A stretch of DNA of 55,675 nt, filler included, from Trypethelium eluteriae (Eukaryota), in NCBI GenBank assembly GCA_051942245.1. It is 3 parts of 3 records of this genome, joined end to end, with 100 filler letters (N's around TTAATTAATTAA, not from the genome) between each part and the next. Parts side by side here need not be neighbours in the genome. Positions count along the whole stretch, not along the records: positions 1 to 18,522 come from JAVECL010000558.1; positions 18,623 to 37,099 come from JAVECL010000560.1; 1 more part is not named here. One strand, given 5' to 3'. The notes below the pieces were generated by a model. The model made no database searches and was not told where the DNA came from. It was given only the letters and a program-made list of their open reading frames with translations. Position 1 is the stretch's first letter; every line of letters starts with the position of its first letter. A program made the translations under genes and the position numbers. This document shows, one piece after another, positions 10,750 to 21,504 of the stretch.

Positions 10750-13700
10750 CTAGGTTGAGATGAGAGGGGTGAGAGAGGGACGAGATGATGAGAGGTCACG
10801 CGATGTGTCACATGGCTCTGCGCGCCTGGACCTGCGCATCGCTACCTTATACTCGTTCATATCCACGCTCGTTACTTTCATCTCATCTAGCTGGGTCCTT
10901 GACAGAGTTGGTTTCATCAACAAAGAGCCAATAGTTGATAAGGCCGCGATCCCTACTGCTGTGTATAATGCCTGATTGATAGCAGAATTATATGCAGTAA
11001 GGACCTTCGGTAGGCTTTCAGCGGGAAAAAGATTGCGCATTGTAGTAGTACCAAAGGATCCTATCTGTGGGGCATTGACATCCGGTTGCATAGAACGTAA
11101 ATTGGAAACAAGCCGGTTCTCGAAGATGTTCTGGCCAATGGATATGAATATTGCATCGCCAAGGTGACGAGCGGACATGATCAAGACTTCTCCTTCGGAA
11201 GGGACCGTGAGCAGCAGCACAGTTTGCACGGCAATCACCGACAGCTGCATACCTAGCCCTACACCGGTACCGAAAAGTACCTTAACGAAACGATTAGTAG
11301 GTGAATCATGGAGCAACAAGTGAGAGATAAAACAAACCAGATAGCCAATCCAAGCTTCCTGACCCGTGTTAGGGCGGAGAGTCGTCAGCAGTCCAGCACC
11401 CGCACTCATAAAGATCGAGGACGCAATCATGAAGGGCATGTAATAACCAACATGCATGATAGCGCTGCGCACCATGATCGATAGGACCGGCACACTTATT
11501 ACGAGAGGTAGACTCATGACACCGCTATTTGTAGGAGACGCACCCTTGACAGCTTGGAACCATATAGGCATATAGTAGTTGATGATGGAGAAGGCCGCGC
11601 TCATACAGAAGGCAAACCCAAGACCTGCGTAGATTGACCGTTGCCCAAGGGCAAAAGGCGATATCGCGTACTCTTTGCGCCAGGCCTGCATGGCGATAGA
11701 CGTCATGATTAGTATGGCGTAGAGCACAAACAATAGAATAATCCGCCAATCGCTCCAGGTGTACGTAGTGCCACCCCAAGATAGTGCCAGCAGGAGACAG
11801 ACAATTCCTGGGATGTCAATGAAGGTAGCAAACAGGCCGAACCTCTCCAATTTCATGAACCAATGAACAAACAGCCTGAGGGACCCTCGGTTCGTTTTCA
11901 TCTTCTTGGGCAACTCAGTGAGCAGCTCAAGGAGCCCCTTGGCCGTTGGCGCCTTCCGCTGTTGAAAAGGATAGAAGAAGAGTATGCTGAAACCCGAAAT
12001 ACCAACAAGCGGTAAATTGATAAAAAAACACCAGCGCCAAGAGATATGAACGGTAAAGGCACCACCAATCAAGGGTCCTACCAGGAACGCAATGCCGCTC
12101 GCAGCAGTCATGATAGTAGTATGGGTGAAACGCTGACGAACGGGAACGTAATGGCTGATGATTGGAAGAGTACCTGAAGAGATCCCAGCGGAGCCCAACC
12201 CAACTAGGGCTCGGCCAAAGATCAGGATTCTGGAGATCCGAGCAAGCCCACAGGCAAGGGAGCCCAGCTCAAAAATAAAGATAGCGAACAAGAAGATCCA
12301 TTTTACTGAACCTACTTTGTATAATCTGCCAAAGACTGGCAGGAAAGTGCCGGTCGTCAAGGAATACGCGGAGCCGTACCAGCCGATATCACCGAGAGAG
12401 TTGAATTGATCGGTGATCTAAGGCAAATATTGTTAGAGAAAGTCTGAAATTGTGATAGTTGGTAAGTAACTAACCTCGGGTATAGCTGTAGAGATCATAG
12501 TATGGCCAAGGCTTATGCTAAAAACAGACAAACAGAGAGCCATGGTCATCAAATACTGCTCCGACACCCTGGGGTATTCGTGTTTCTCTTCGTCTTCGCC
12601 ACTGGCTTGCCTTTCCTCGGGATAATCTTCCTTGGACCTCTCGTTTGTTGCGAGTTGATCATCCGAATTTTTGGGGGCCGCTGCATTCGCAGGTAGCGTT
12701 AAAGGTACTGTCAAATCAGAAGCAGTGTCGTAATGAGGTGTATCGTCTGTCAAGAGTGTCGGGGTTGATGAGCTCAGCTGAGCTACCATCCTATTCACAT
12801 CTGGACGAATGATCTCGCTGTTATGTATGACTACCTTTTGAAACCCAAGAGTCTCTTTAATATCATTGAGCATGTCATCTATTGGAATAATAAGAGCATC
12901 GCCGAATGGATCCAGTGCTACAACATGGCCATATACGTCGTAGTTCTCTGCATCGACAACCCAGGCTCCACAGTCACCTTTCGCCAGTGCTGCATTGGTC
13001 AGAAATCGATTAAGACAGATCAAATGGAAGGCTCACGTACATCGTGAAGATTTCTCCAACAACTTCAGACTCAGTACCATGATAGGATAGCCCCCGATGC
13101 CTAAGTTGATGAAGCTAGGATTCAAGGACACAACACCGACAAGTGGGGACAGGCCTTCATCATTCGAGGCGGCAAGGATCAGGACCCGGCGACTACCTAT
13201 TGCCACGTCTTTAGAAGGGGTTTCTCTGTCCAATTTAAGGTTTCGAGCTTTGGTGATCTGGTGGAGTTCAGAGGCATACGTGACGCGGTTCAAAAGTTGG
13301 TCGGCGACATTCGGAATGTTCGCGAGGTCTACAAGAGCCCAATCATAGTAACGATAGGTTTCTGAGGACTGTGGATCTTTTATCATTGCAGATGTCGATA
13401 TCGTCTTCTGATTTTCTCTGCTCAAGGAATTTTTGAACAAATTGAGATCTCGTATGCGAGGTACTTCGGCTTGAAGCCTCCCATGTAATATTTCCGGACT
13501 AATCTCCACATCCGAGCCGTCTGCTTCGTTTTCAGTACGATCATCACTATCCTCACTTGAGTCTGAAGCCTCAGAACGATCGGACCCATGTTCCTGCGTG
13601 TGGAACACATGACCAACAGTCAGACCCCACAAATGTGAAGTCCCGTCTTTATTCTTGCATGCAATGATCCCGCCTAAGGTAGCGACTTGCCTCAAAACGT

Positions 13701-14271
13701 CATTCTCAGAGGTCGTTATGGCCAGACCGCAAAGAGTATTAGAAGACGGTTCAGCCAGGAAAGCGTTCCGCCTAAGCACTGAAGCAAGAATCCACGGCCC
13801 TTCACAAACGAAGATAGCCGGCTGGATGTATGCATCCGGTCGTTGTAGTTCGCATTTTACATGTGCTTGCTCAAAATACTTTTTGACCTTCTTCTTGTAT
13901 TTTTGGTGGCATGCAACGACGATATGCAGTTTCATCTGATTTTCATCCTCTCCAAGCCACTTGAGCTGCCAAGACATATGCTTTTCCTTCTTCGCTGACT
14001 TGAAAGCATAGTCGAAAAGCGGGTCGGCGAACAAATCTCTAAGATCCAGGAATCGTTCGTTCGCTTCACGGGGGATTTCTTTGTCAAACTTGTATAAGGT
14101 ACGCGGCGCAACTCGCTCTGACCCACTGGCTTCTTTGGAGATATAGCCCGAATCGGCACCGTCGTAGACGTAGACTTGATCGTGGGAGGTACGGGGATTA
14201 TCCTCCGAGGCTTGTGCAGCCTTGCGCTTTTGATCGAGGGTTTGCTGTTCAACAACCACGGTGCTGGTCAT
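10750..14271 (-). CDS. Fusion: trypsin/chymotrypsin-fold protease-like domain plus DHA2-type 14-TM MFS transporter, about 1118 aa, 4 exons
   Basis: Exons 14271-13041, 12989-12475, 12417-11338, 11280-10750 (3357 nt, GT-AG). Protease motifs ATLGG, GLTVGHVF, DWALVD, GDCGAWVVD, VYGHVVA. The same exon runs into MFS TM1 (ALCLSVFSISLGHTMISTAIP), then ITDQFNSLGDIGWYGSAY and GPLIGGAFT..SWRWCFFINLP. Confidence 0.8.
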
Positions 14272-14635
14272 TGAGATAGAATGAAACGACAATCGAAAGC
14301 TACGGTTTAGAAAAAGGTGACTTTCCTCGCCCGGCCATTGCCGCACGAACATTCATCGAGTCTTGCGGTGATCTTAGGTATTGTTAAGGGGCAGTCGAGG
14401 TGACAAGGGCGGTGCGGCCTCTGCAAGACGATCTGGGCGATAATTGGACCAATCCTGAGCGTGTCTCACGGCTGCCTGGAATAAACGACTGTGAAACCTG
14501 TATGCCCCTCCAAGAGGTTCTTGGGCCAAATCAACCGGGCGCGAGAGCGAGCTACGTCTGTCGAGTTTGAGCATACTAGAATTCCTCTATCCGCGTTCCC
14601 AGATCACAACTTACTACACAGCAACATTGGTAAAA

Positions 14636-15808
14636 ATGCGAAAGGAACCAACAAAAGTTGATCAAGTTAGACTTGGACAGAAGATTTGGGCGTGGAATTT
14701 GTGCGAACAGTGTCTCCATGGGAGAATATGTGAAAAGTTTGGGTGCGATGGAAAACGAGCGAAGAACCTTACACGTTATTGGACTTTTCATGCGAATGCA
14801 GTCATAGATTACATGAGTATGACTGGAAAATGCTTAGCTCGATCCTTTGAGCTGCACGAGACAATATTCAGAGCTATGGGGGTGCTGCAAGAACAACCTA
14901 GCCTAGCAAGAGAAGAGGTAGCTGAACGGGCGGGTGTAAAACCAGCAGAAGTTGATCTTGCAGTCAGACTTATGACTATGATACCCTGCTCATACGAAAC
15001 AGGATGCTTCATCATAATGGAGCAAGGGACAAACCCAATCTTTTGGGGCCCCACAACCAGATTTGATCAATTCCTGGAACAAGCCTTGCCGACGGTGGAT
15101 ACACCCATTAAGCTGAGCGCACAACAGGCGTCCGCACTGATGGCCAGAAAATTGAGGAAGAAAATCGACTTCCGCATTCGGCCAACAAATGATCTGAGAG
15201 AGCATCTCAGACTGGATAGAGGGAGGCGTGCCATACTTGTATTTCATCACACGGCGTTCCTGAAAGAGCACTTACGCCTAAGCAAAGTCTTGCCCCCAAA
15301 CTCGTCTGTCCAGGACTGTTTGAGATTGTGAGTATCACCATGCTATAAGTACCCGCATAAAATTGACCTTCTCATTTGACTGACCTTTACTAGAGGCGCC
15401 ATTCCGCGACAGCTTGCTCTTGAATACCTCGACTCCATACACAAAATTCTTTTTCCGCTAGCCGATCGAACATCTAGAAGGATGCTCAACGACCACATCC
15501 GAAATCACGCTTTCGATCATGACATAATCAAGTTCGAATCTGCCTCTTTTCGAAATCCTGAGGAAAGAGACTGTGGCTACTCTTACCTTGGCAAACAGCT
15601 CAAGGAGCTCCTCGACGAAGTTGAGCATCCGCTACCTCGTGGACGGGTCGGTAAATTCATACAACGAAACAGCGACTCACGTCATATGATGTTGGCTACT
15701 TTGGCTGGTGTCGCATTTGCTATCCTCTTAGGGTTCCTGAGTTTAATTGTGAGCTCGGTGCAAGCGTGGATCGCGTGGCAGCAGTGGAAGCATCCTGTGA
15801 ACAATTAA
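14636..15808 (+). CDS. Fungal protein of unknown function with an N-terminal Cys cluster and a C-terminal membrane segment, about 368 aa
   Basis: Intron 15328-15393 (GTGAGT..CTGAC..TAG) joins the two ORFs in frame. Motifs CEQC-x5-C-x4-C, PTNDLREHLRLD, VFHHTAFLKEHL, LALEYLDSIHKILFP; hydrophobic tail MMLATLAGVAFAILLGFLSLIVSSVQAWIAW. Confidence 0.8.
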
Positions 15809-16360
15809 GCGTATGTCCAGCATCTGAATGACCGGGTTTGTGGCGATTCAGCGCCATGAGAAATGTGAGTCAAGCACTCTGTAGGCAGAAACGAGGAATT
15901 TTACAAGACTTTTGAAATCCCAGGGGCTGTCGCTTTTATTTATACCACGTCAGATCTGACTAGCCTATCCGCACATAGTCTCCGGCTATCCGAGTGACGG
16001 AAACAGCTGAACACTGCGGTGTTTGGGGACCTTCTCGACTCAAAAACCATAATTTAAGCGCATTTGTTTCGTTATTCCAATAGTACATTGATTATATGAA
16101 ATACACGTATACTCTGCAAAAGTACTTTTTCGGAACAAAATACATTGGATCAATCCTGTGAAAGAATCGAGATTACAGGATCTGATCAAAATGCTCGTGA
16201 TGGTCCGGGCACAACAAGGGGGCAGGGAAGCAACTGGAGCGTGGGGACGTGGGATTCGCCCCTCGCCGATCCATCTGCGGCACCATAATTTTTTACGGCT
16301 GCCGCATCCGTCCTACGAAGAATAGCACATACATCCTTCTTCGTGTGCTTCGTCATAAGT

Positions 16361-17895
16361 ATGGCCCATAAGAAGATTAAAAAACGCCCGGAAACTATCT
16401 CAAAAAATGGACCGACCACTGGCCCGAGTAAATCTGGCGATCACATCCCGAAAAGCATGGTCATCCGCATTGGAGCAGGACAAGTAGGACCCAGTGTGAG
16501 CCAGTTGGTAAAGGATGTCCGGGAGATGATGGAGCCGCATACTGCAAGCCGACTGAAAGAACGGAAAAGTAACAAGCTGCGGGATTACACGACAATGTGC
16601 GGTCCTCTGGGTGTGACGCATTTATTACTATTTTCACGGTCTGAAAAGGGAAATACAAATATGCGACTTGCGATCACACCGAGGGGACCGACATTAAATT
16701 TCAGAGTTGACAAGTATTCGCTCTGTCGGGACATCATGAAAGCGCAGAGGCACCCCAAGAGTGGCATGCAATTACATCAACATCCGCCTCTTGTGTGTCG
16801 TTTCCTAGTCCAATACCGCTTTGGAGCACATCACTAACATCCTTCAAGCTGGTCATGAACAATTTCTTGACGCAAAGCTCAACCTCCGAACCTTCATCAA
16901 ACGCAATCCCAAAGCACCTTGAACAACTCTCAACCACCGTCTTCCAATCCCTATTCCCACCCATCTCACCACAGACAACCCCGCTCTCTTCCATCCGGCG
17001 CGTCCTCCTCATAAATCGTGAAACCGAGGACGTCGACTCCTCGGACAACCCTTCTCCAAACGGCACCTACCGCCTCACCCTCCGCCACTATGCCATAACC
17101 ACGCGTTCAACCTCCCTCCCCAAGCCCCTCCGACGCCTCGAACAAGCTACATCCGGCTCTGGCTCAAGCTCACGAAAGAAGACGCTTCCGAATCTGGGCA
17201 GGCTCGAAGATGTGGCGGACTTCCTACTTGAACCCGACGCTGGCAACTATACGAGTGGGAGCGAGAGTGAGGTCGAGACGGATGCCGAGGTGGAAGTGTT
17301 ACATGAGGGCGCACAAAAAGTGTTAGGTCGGCGGAAAGAGAAGGGGGGTGGGGTCGCTACGGGTGCGAATGCGGATGGAGAGGCGAATGGGACGGGGCAT
17401 GGAGGCGATGGAGATGAGAATGCAGAGCAGCGGAGGAAAGCACATAATATAAGGACGGTGAAGGGGACTCGGAGAGTGGAGAAGAGGGCGGTGAAGCTTG
17501 TTGAACTGGGACCGCGGCTATCGTTAAGGTTGACGAAGGTGGAGGAGGGGCTGTGCGGTGGGAAGGTGATGTGGCATGAGAGTGTGAAGAAGACAAGGGA
17601 GGAAGAGATGGAGTTGGATAGGGTATGGGAGGAACGGAAAAGGGAAAATGAAAGGAGGAGGAAGGAGCAGAGGGAAAATGTGGAACGGAAGAGGAAGGAG
17701 AGGATGGAGAAGAAGGGCAAGGGTGAAGAAGGCGAGAATGAGGAGATGGACAATGAGGAGTTAGAGGATTGGGATATGGATGACGACGAGTGGTATGATA
17801 ATGGGCTGGAAGAGGATGATACCCAAGGCGGTGCAGAGTCAGAAAGGGCGGCTCAGGGTGATGAAGGCGAAGACAGGGTGATGGAAGACCATTGA
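16361..17895 (+). CDS. SSF1: Brix-domain ribosome biogenesis protein Ssf1/Ssf2 (Peter Pan)
   Basis: PKSMVIRIG, MEPHTASRLKERKSNKLRDY, GPLGVTH, PRGPTL, LRHYAI, KRAVKLVELGPRLSLRLTKVEEG; acidic tail; intron 16793-16848. Confidence 0.93.
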
Positions 17896-18371
17896 CAGAA
17901 TTTCTTATCGATTTGCAAGCTAGAATAGAGCTAACACCAACATGCCTTCATTTGGACGGCCGTGTGCCTTGGTGGAAAATCAAGTTCAGATGAGTGGGAA
18001 GCGCATTATTACCGTATCGCGCAAACGACATCCATCCCTGGGAAGTGCCGGTGTAGTGAGGCCCATAAAATATGTTCTCACAGCTGAAAAATGTATGTGT
18101 GATTGGATGTTTGTGTCCTCGAAATGGGTAAATAGCACTCTGCCCATGTGTTTCCGATTGTGATTGTGAACCGCGAATCTCAGGCCGTCAAAATAACAAC
18201 AATAGATTGTGTTCCGATAGTAATACACTATCATGATGACACACTCGGTTGGACACTGGCTATTTGAAGCCAGTCTCCAAGAAAGCCACGGCAAGTATCT
18301 TTTCACTCTGGCGAATACTGTAATTGAACTGAGCTAACCTGACAATACGGAGTACCTTGTCTTAGATCAGG

Positions 18372-18522
18372 ACGGAACGGATAAGTCAAACCACCTAGAG
18401 TCGGACCAACCCCGAGTCGGCCCAATTTCGTGATACAACCCAATTATTTGATCCACCTCAACCACCACCTCAACGCGTGTCAAAATGTCTGATCGTGAGC
18501 TATCTATTCAATCTGCCACTGC
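18372..18522 (+). mobile_element. Probable 5' end of a pogo/Fot1-like DNA transposon at the contig end
   Basis: Internal direct repeat GAGTCGG(A/C)CCAA twice, ACGCGT, then ATG at 18485 giving MSDRELSIQSATA, which resembles pogo transposase N-termini. Sequence runs into the gap. Confidence 0.55.
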
Positions 18523-18622
18523 NNNNNNNNNNNNNNNNNNNNNNNNNNNNNNNNNNNNNNNNNNNNTTAATTAATTAANNNNNNNNNNNNNNNNNNNNNN
18601 NNNNNNNNNNNNNNNNNNNNNN
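18523..18622. other. Artificial contig spacer N44-TTAATTAATTAA-N44
   Basis: Exactly 100 nt; the core gives stops in all six frames; identical to the second spacer. Confidence 0.98.
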
Positions 18623-18782
18623 ATAGCGCATTCGATTTGTCTAGTTCTCTACTATCTATCTATCTAATTATCTAGTTTATTGAGCAGTTCGTTGTTGAAT
18701 TATAGCCTTATGAAGCTGTGGAGATGAAACGCGTCCCACCGTGCACGGAGGTGGATCGTGCACGGAGTGGTGCGGACTTCTA
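18623..18782 (-). mobile_element. Probable degenerate DNA-transposon terminus (Tc1/pogo-like) at the contig start
   Basis: Direct repeat CGTGCACGGAG at 18740-18750 and 18757-18767, ACGCGT, TA at 18781-18782; TA-rich interior toward the gap. Confidence 0.4.
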
Positions 18783-19408
18783 TGGAAGTGCCCCACACTA
18801 CGACATACGAAACTGGAGAGAGGTATGCTCCACTCCGAGGTGCCTGTGCAAAACCAACATCCTAGCAGGAAGAAATTTAGGCAGGGGAATGTTGGGCCGC
18901 AGACGGAGTTTGTTTCTGCGTCCGCGGCTCATTCATGGATGCCATTACCATATTGACGGCTGAAAATAAAAATGCGAAGCGACAGCGCTGCACTCAAGCT
19001 GTCAGTAACCCCAGCTGCATGATCTACTTGATTTCAACCCTTCTCAGACGCTGCATACGCCTCAATGGGATGGAATATCGGAAATCTTTGGTGTTATGAT
19101 GTACCTCAGATCAAACGCTATCAAAACTGCAGATAGACATCTTGGCAACATGGGACGCTGCTATGGGACGTAATTTGATCATCGACAAGTCTCCACATTC
19201 TGTGCCGTCAAGTACGTCTGGAACCACAAGGTCCTCGGTCCACTACACACGCCTCCCCATGTCAACTACCGATATGTTCGAGCTAAGGAGAACGGACCGA
19301 AAGGGTAACACAGTACACGGGACTATCTGTTAAGTCGATACCTCGAGAGTCTATCAATCTATGCGGAAGTCAGACATCGCCGATACTGAATTTGCCTTTT
19401 TTGAAATC

Positions 19409-20629
19409 CTAGGTATGGCTTTTATACTCAGCCTTCACATTTTCAGCCATCATTGATAGTATGTGATTATCGTACGTCTCCTTGGGATTGTAGCGAGGAC
19501 AGTATTTGCTCCAAACCAGATTTCCGCTGACACTGTACAGGATGGCCTCTAAGTAAATTTGAAGATCCCGTGAGATGCTAGAGTCGTGCTTGATCTTGTT
19601 CACAATGTGCACAGCTTCTGCAACACAGTCCTTGATCGTCTTACGACACATATCTTTCGCCCGAGCTTCTGCAACCGAGTGCTCTCCCATGAGAACATAT
19701 ACAGCGTTCATCACATGTGGAGAGCCATTTCTTGCTGCATCATCGCGCTCTTTTTCCCACGAGTAGAGGTCATTTGTAAGAGCAAGAGCTGCCCAAGAAG
19801 GTCTTCCAAGTCGTTTGCAAAGATCCAATTCCTCATCAGGAATTGTGAGACCCATCCCAAAGGTCACCAGACCGAACCAGAACCTTCGGAATGAATTAGC
19901 TGGTATCGTTCACTGATTCGGACCCACCTCACAGTTCGCCAGCATCGCTTATCCTATAAGGGAGATACTCCTCTAGACCCGTGAAAGGTTCCGTGCGTTT
20001 ACGATTGGAGACAACCTGCACAAACTTTTGCCACGAATTCATAGTTGTAAGTCCTCTTTCTCTGTCTATAGCCATCATCTCATTCAGAATTTGAGATTGA
20101 ATCTGCTTTATTCCCTTTCCTTTTGGGGTCATGCTCTCGCTCAACCTTTTCATGTCCTCACGAGAAGTAATTTCTGTACCGAAATCGTCTACCAGCTGGC
20201 GGCGACTTTCGGATTCCTTTTGCGTAGTTAGCATCCCAAGAACGATGATCAAGTGGAATCTTACTAATTTTTCATCAAGGTCTTCTATGATAGTGTCTAT
20301 TAAGTATAAGCTGTCTCAATCACACGCAAGCTACAGTTATCATTGGTCTTACCATCATATAAAAATGCAAACTCATTCGCGTAAGATATGATCTCAAGCC
20401 TGCCATCAATGGTTTCTGGGACTGTCACTCGTACAAAGCTGAATGGACTCCCCAGTGTCCCTTTGTAGTTGTGCAGTGGCTCTATAAGCATTGACCAGTC
20501 TTTCTGACATCTTATAGCACCTCTGATCTCGCCTTTTAGGTCTTTGTTGATTCTCAAAACAATTCCATCACAAAGACCATCAGTCTCATATGTGTTAGGA
20601 TTGACGAGTTCGGAATAACGGAAATCCAT
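19409..20629 (-). CDS. Class I terpene cyclase resembling the cyclase domain of fusicoccadiene/ophiobolin synthases; monofunctional (no prenyltransferase domain)
   Basis: MDFRYSELV..YETDGLCDG, RLEIISYANEFAFLYD, YLPYRISDAGE, NSE motif LTNDLYSWEKE, WSKYCPRYN; stop soon after the RY motif; 4 exons. Confidence 0.9.
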
Positions 20630-21504
20630 GAAGTGATAATCCGGTGAAACCAGTTGCTGCTTTCTCTTGTGTTTGGTGTGAATTGAGTATGAGATGCTAA
20701 ACTAGTGCAAAAAGGAAGGCCAGCGGCACTCGAATCTATAAGAGAAATATGGGCTTGAAATAATTTGTAAATTTGGTCAGTCTGCCGAAGTAGCAACACT
20801 TTCCAAGGTTGTGTGCTATCTCAGACAGAGAGATAAGCAAAGACACCGCGGTCAGAGGCTCAAGCTGCTCAAGTAGAACAATTGCTGCTTACTTTAAATA
20901 TCTCCCACAAGTCTGGAAAATTAGGGACTGAGCGCTTCGAGATTCGACGTTCAAATGCGACTTTACCATACAGCCACGAATGATGCAGATCTAGTCAGAA
21001 TAACTAGACTAGCGATGGTATCCACTCTTCAAGAAAAGCTCAGCAGTCTCGTATGAGGTTACGATTGGTGCAAGATCTAAAAGAAACCATGAACTTCGGG
21101 TGAAAGTAATACTAGTTGCCTACTTCTACGCCGTAGAAAGACGGGAATTGAGGCTGCTCTTGTTGCAGGGTTGGTGGTCACAGGAAAGCTTAAAATCTCA
21201 CGGTACAGGGAAACCATGCAAGTTCAGCACAAAAAGTACCCGTTCTGCAAGAAGTATGCCGGCTTGGAGCAGGCAAATTATCAGCCGCAAATAAACTTAT
21301 CACCTTCCTCGTTTGTCTAAGAAGCCCGAGGTGCACGAATACGAGCGTCAGCAGGCGGCCCTTCAGTGCTTTCATCTGAAGCTCCTCGATTGGTTTGAGA
21401 TATTCTGCTTTCGCTCCATTTCCCCTCTGATCCAACCGCAATTTTTCTCTGGCAAACGAAGCTGAGCTGCAGTCAACACATTCAATCTTTTCAAATCGAG
21501 CACC

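Noticed and set aside
11281..11337. Extra 19-aa insert in the MFS (VCFISHLLLHDSPTNRFVK)
   Set aside because: It is an in-frame 57-nt GT-AG intron with a CTAAT branch site.
18567..18578. TTAATTAATTAA palindrome as a biological site
   Set aside because: It is centred in N runs and repeated exactly at 37144-37155; an assembly linker.
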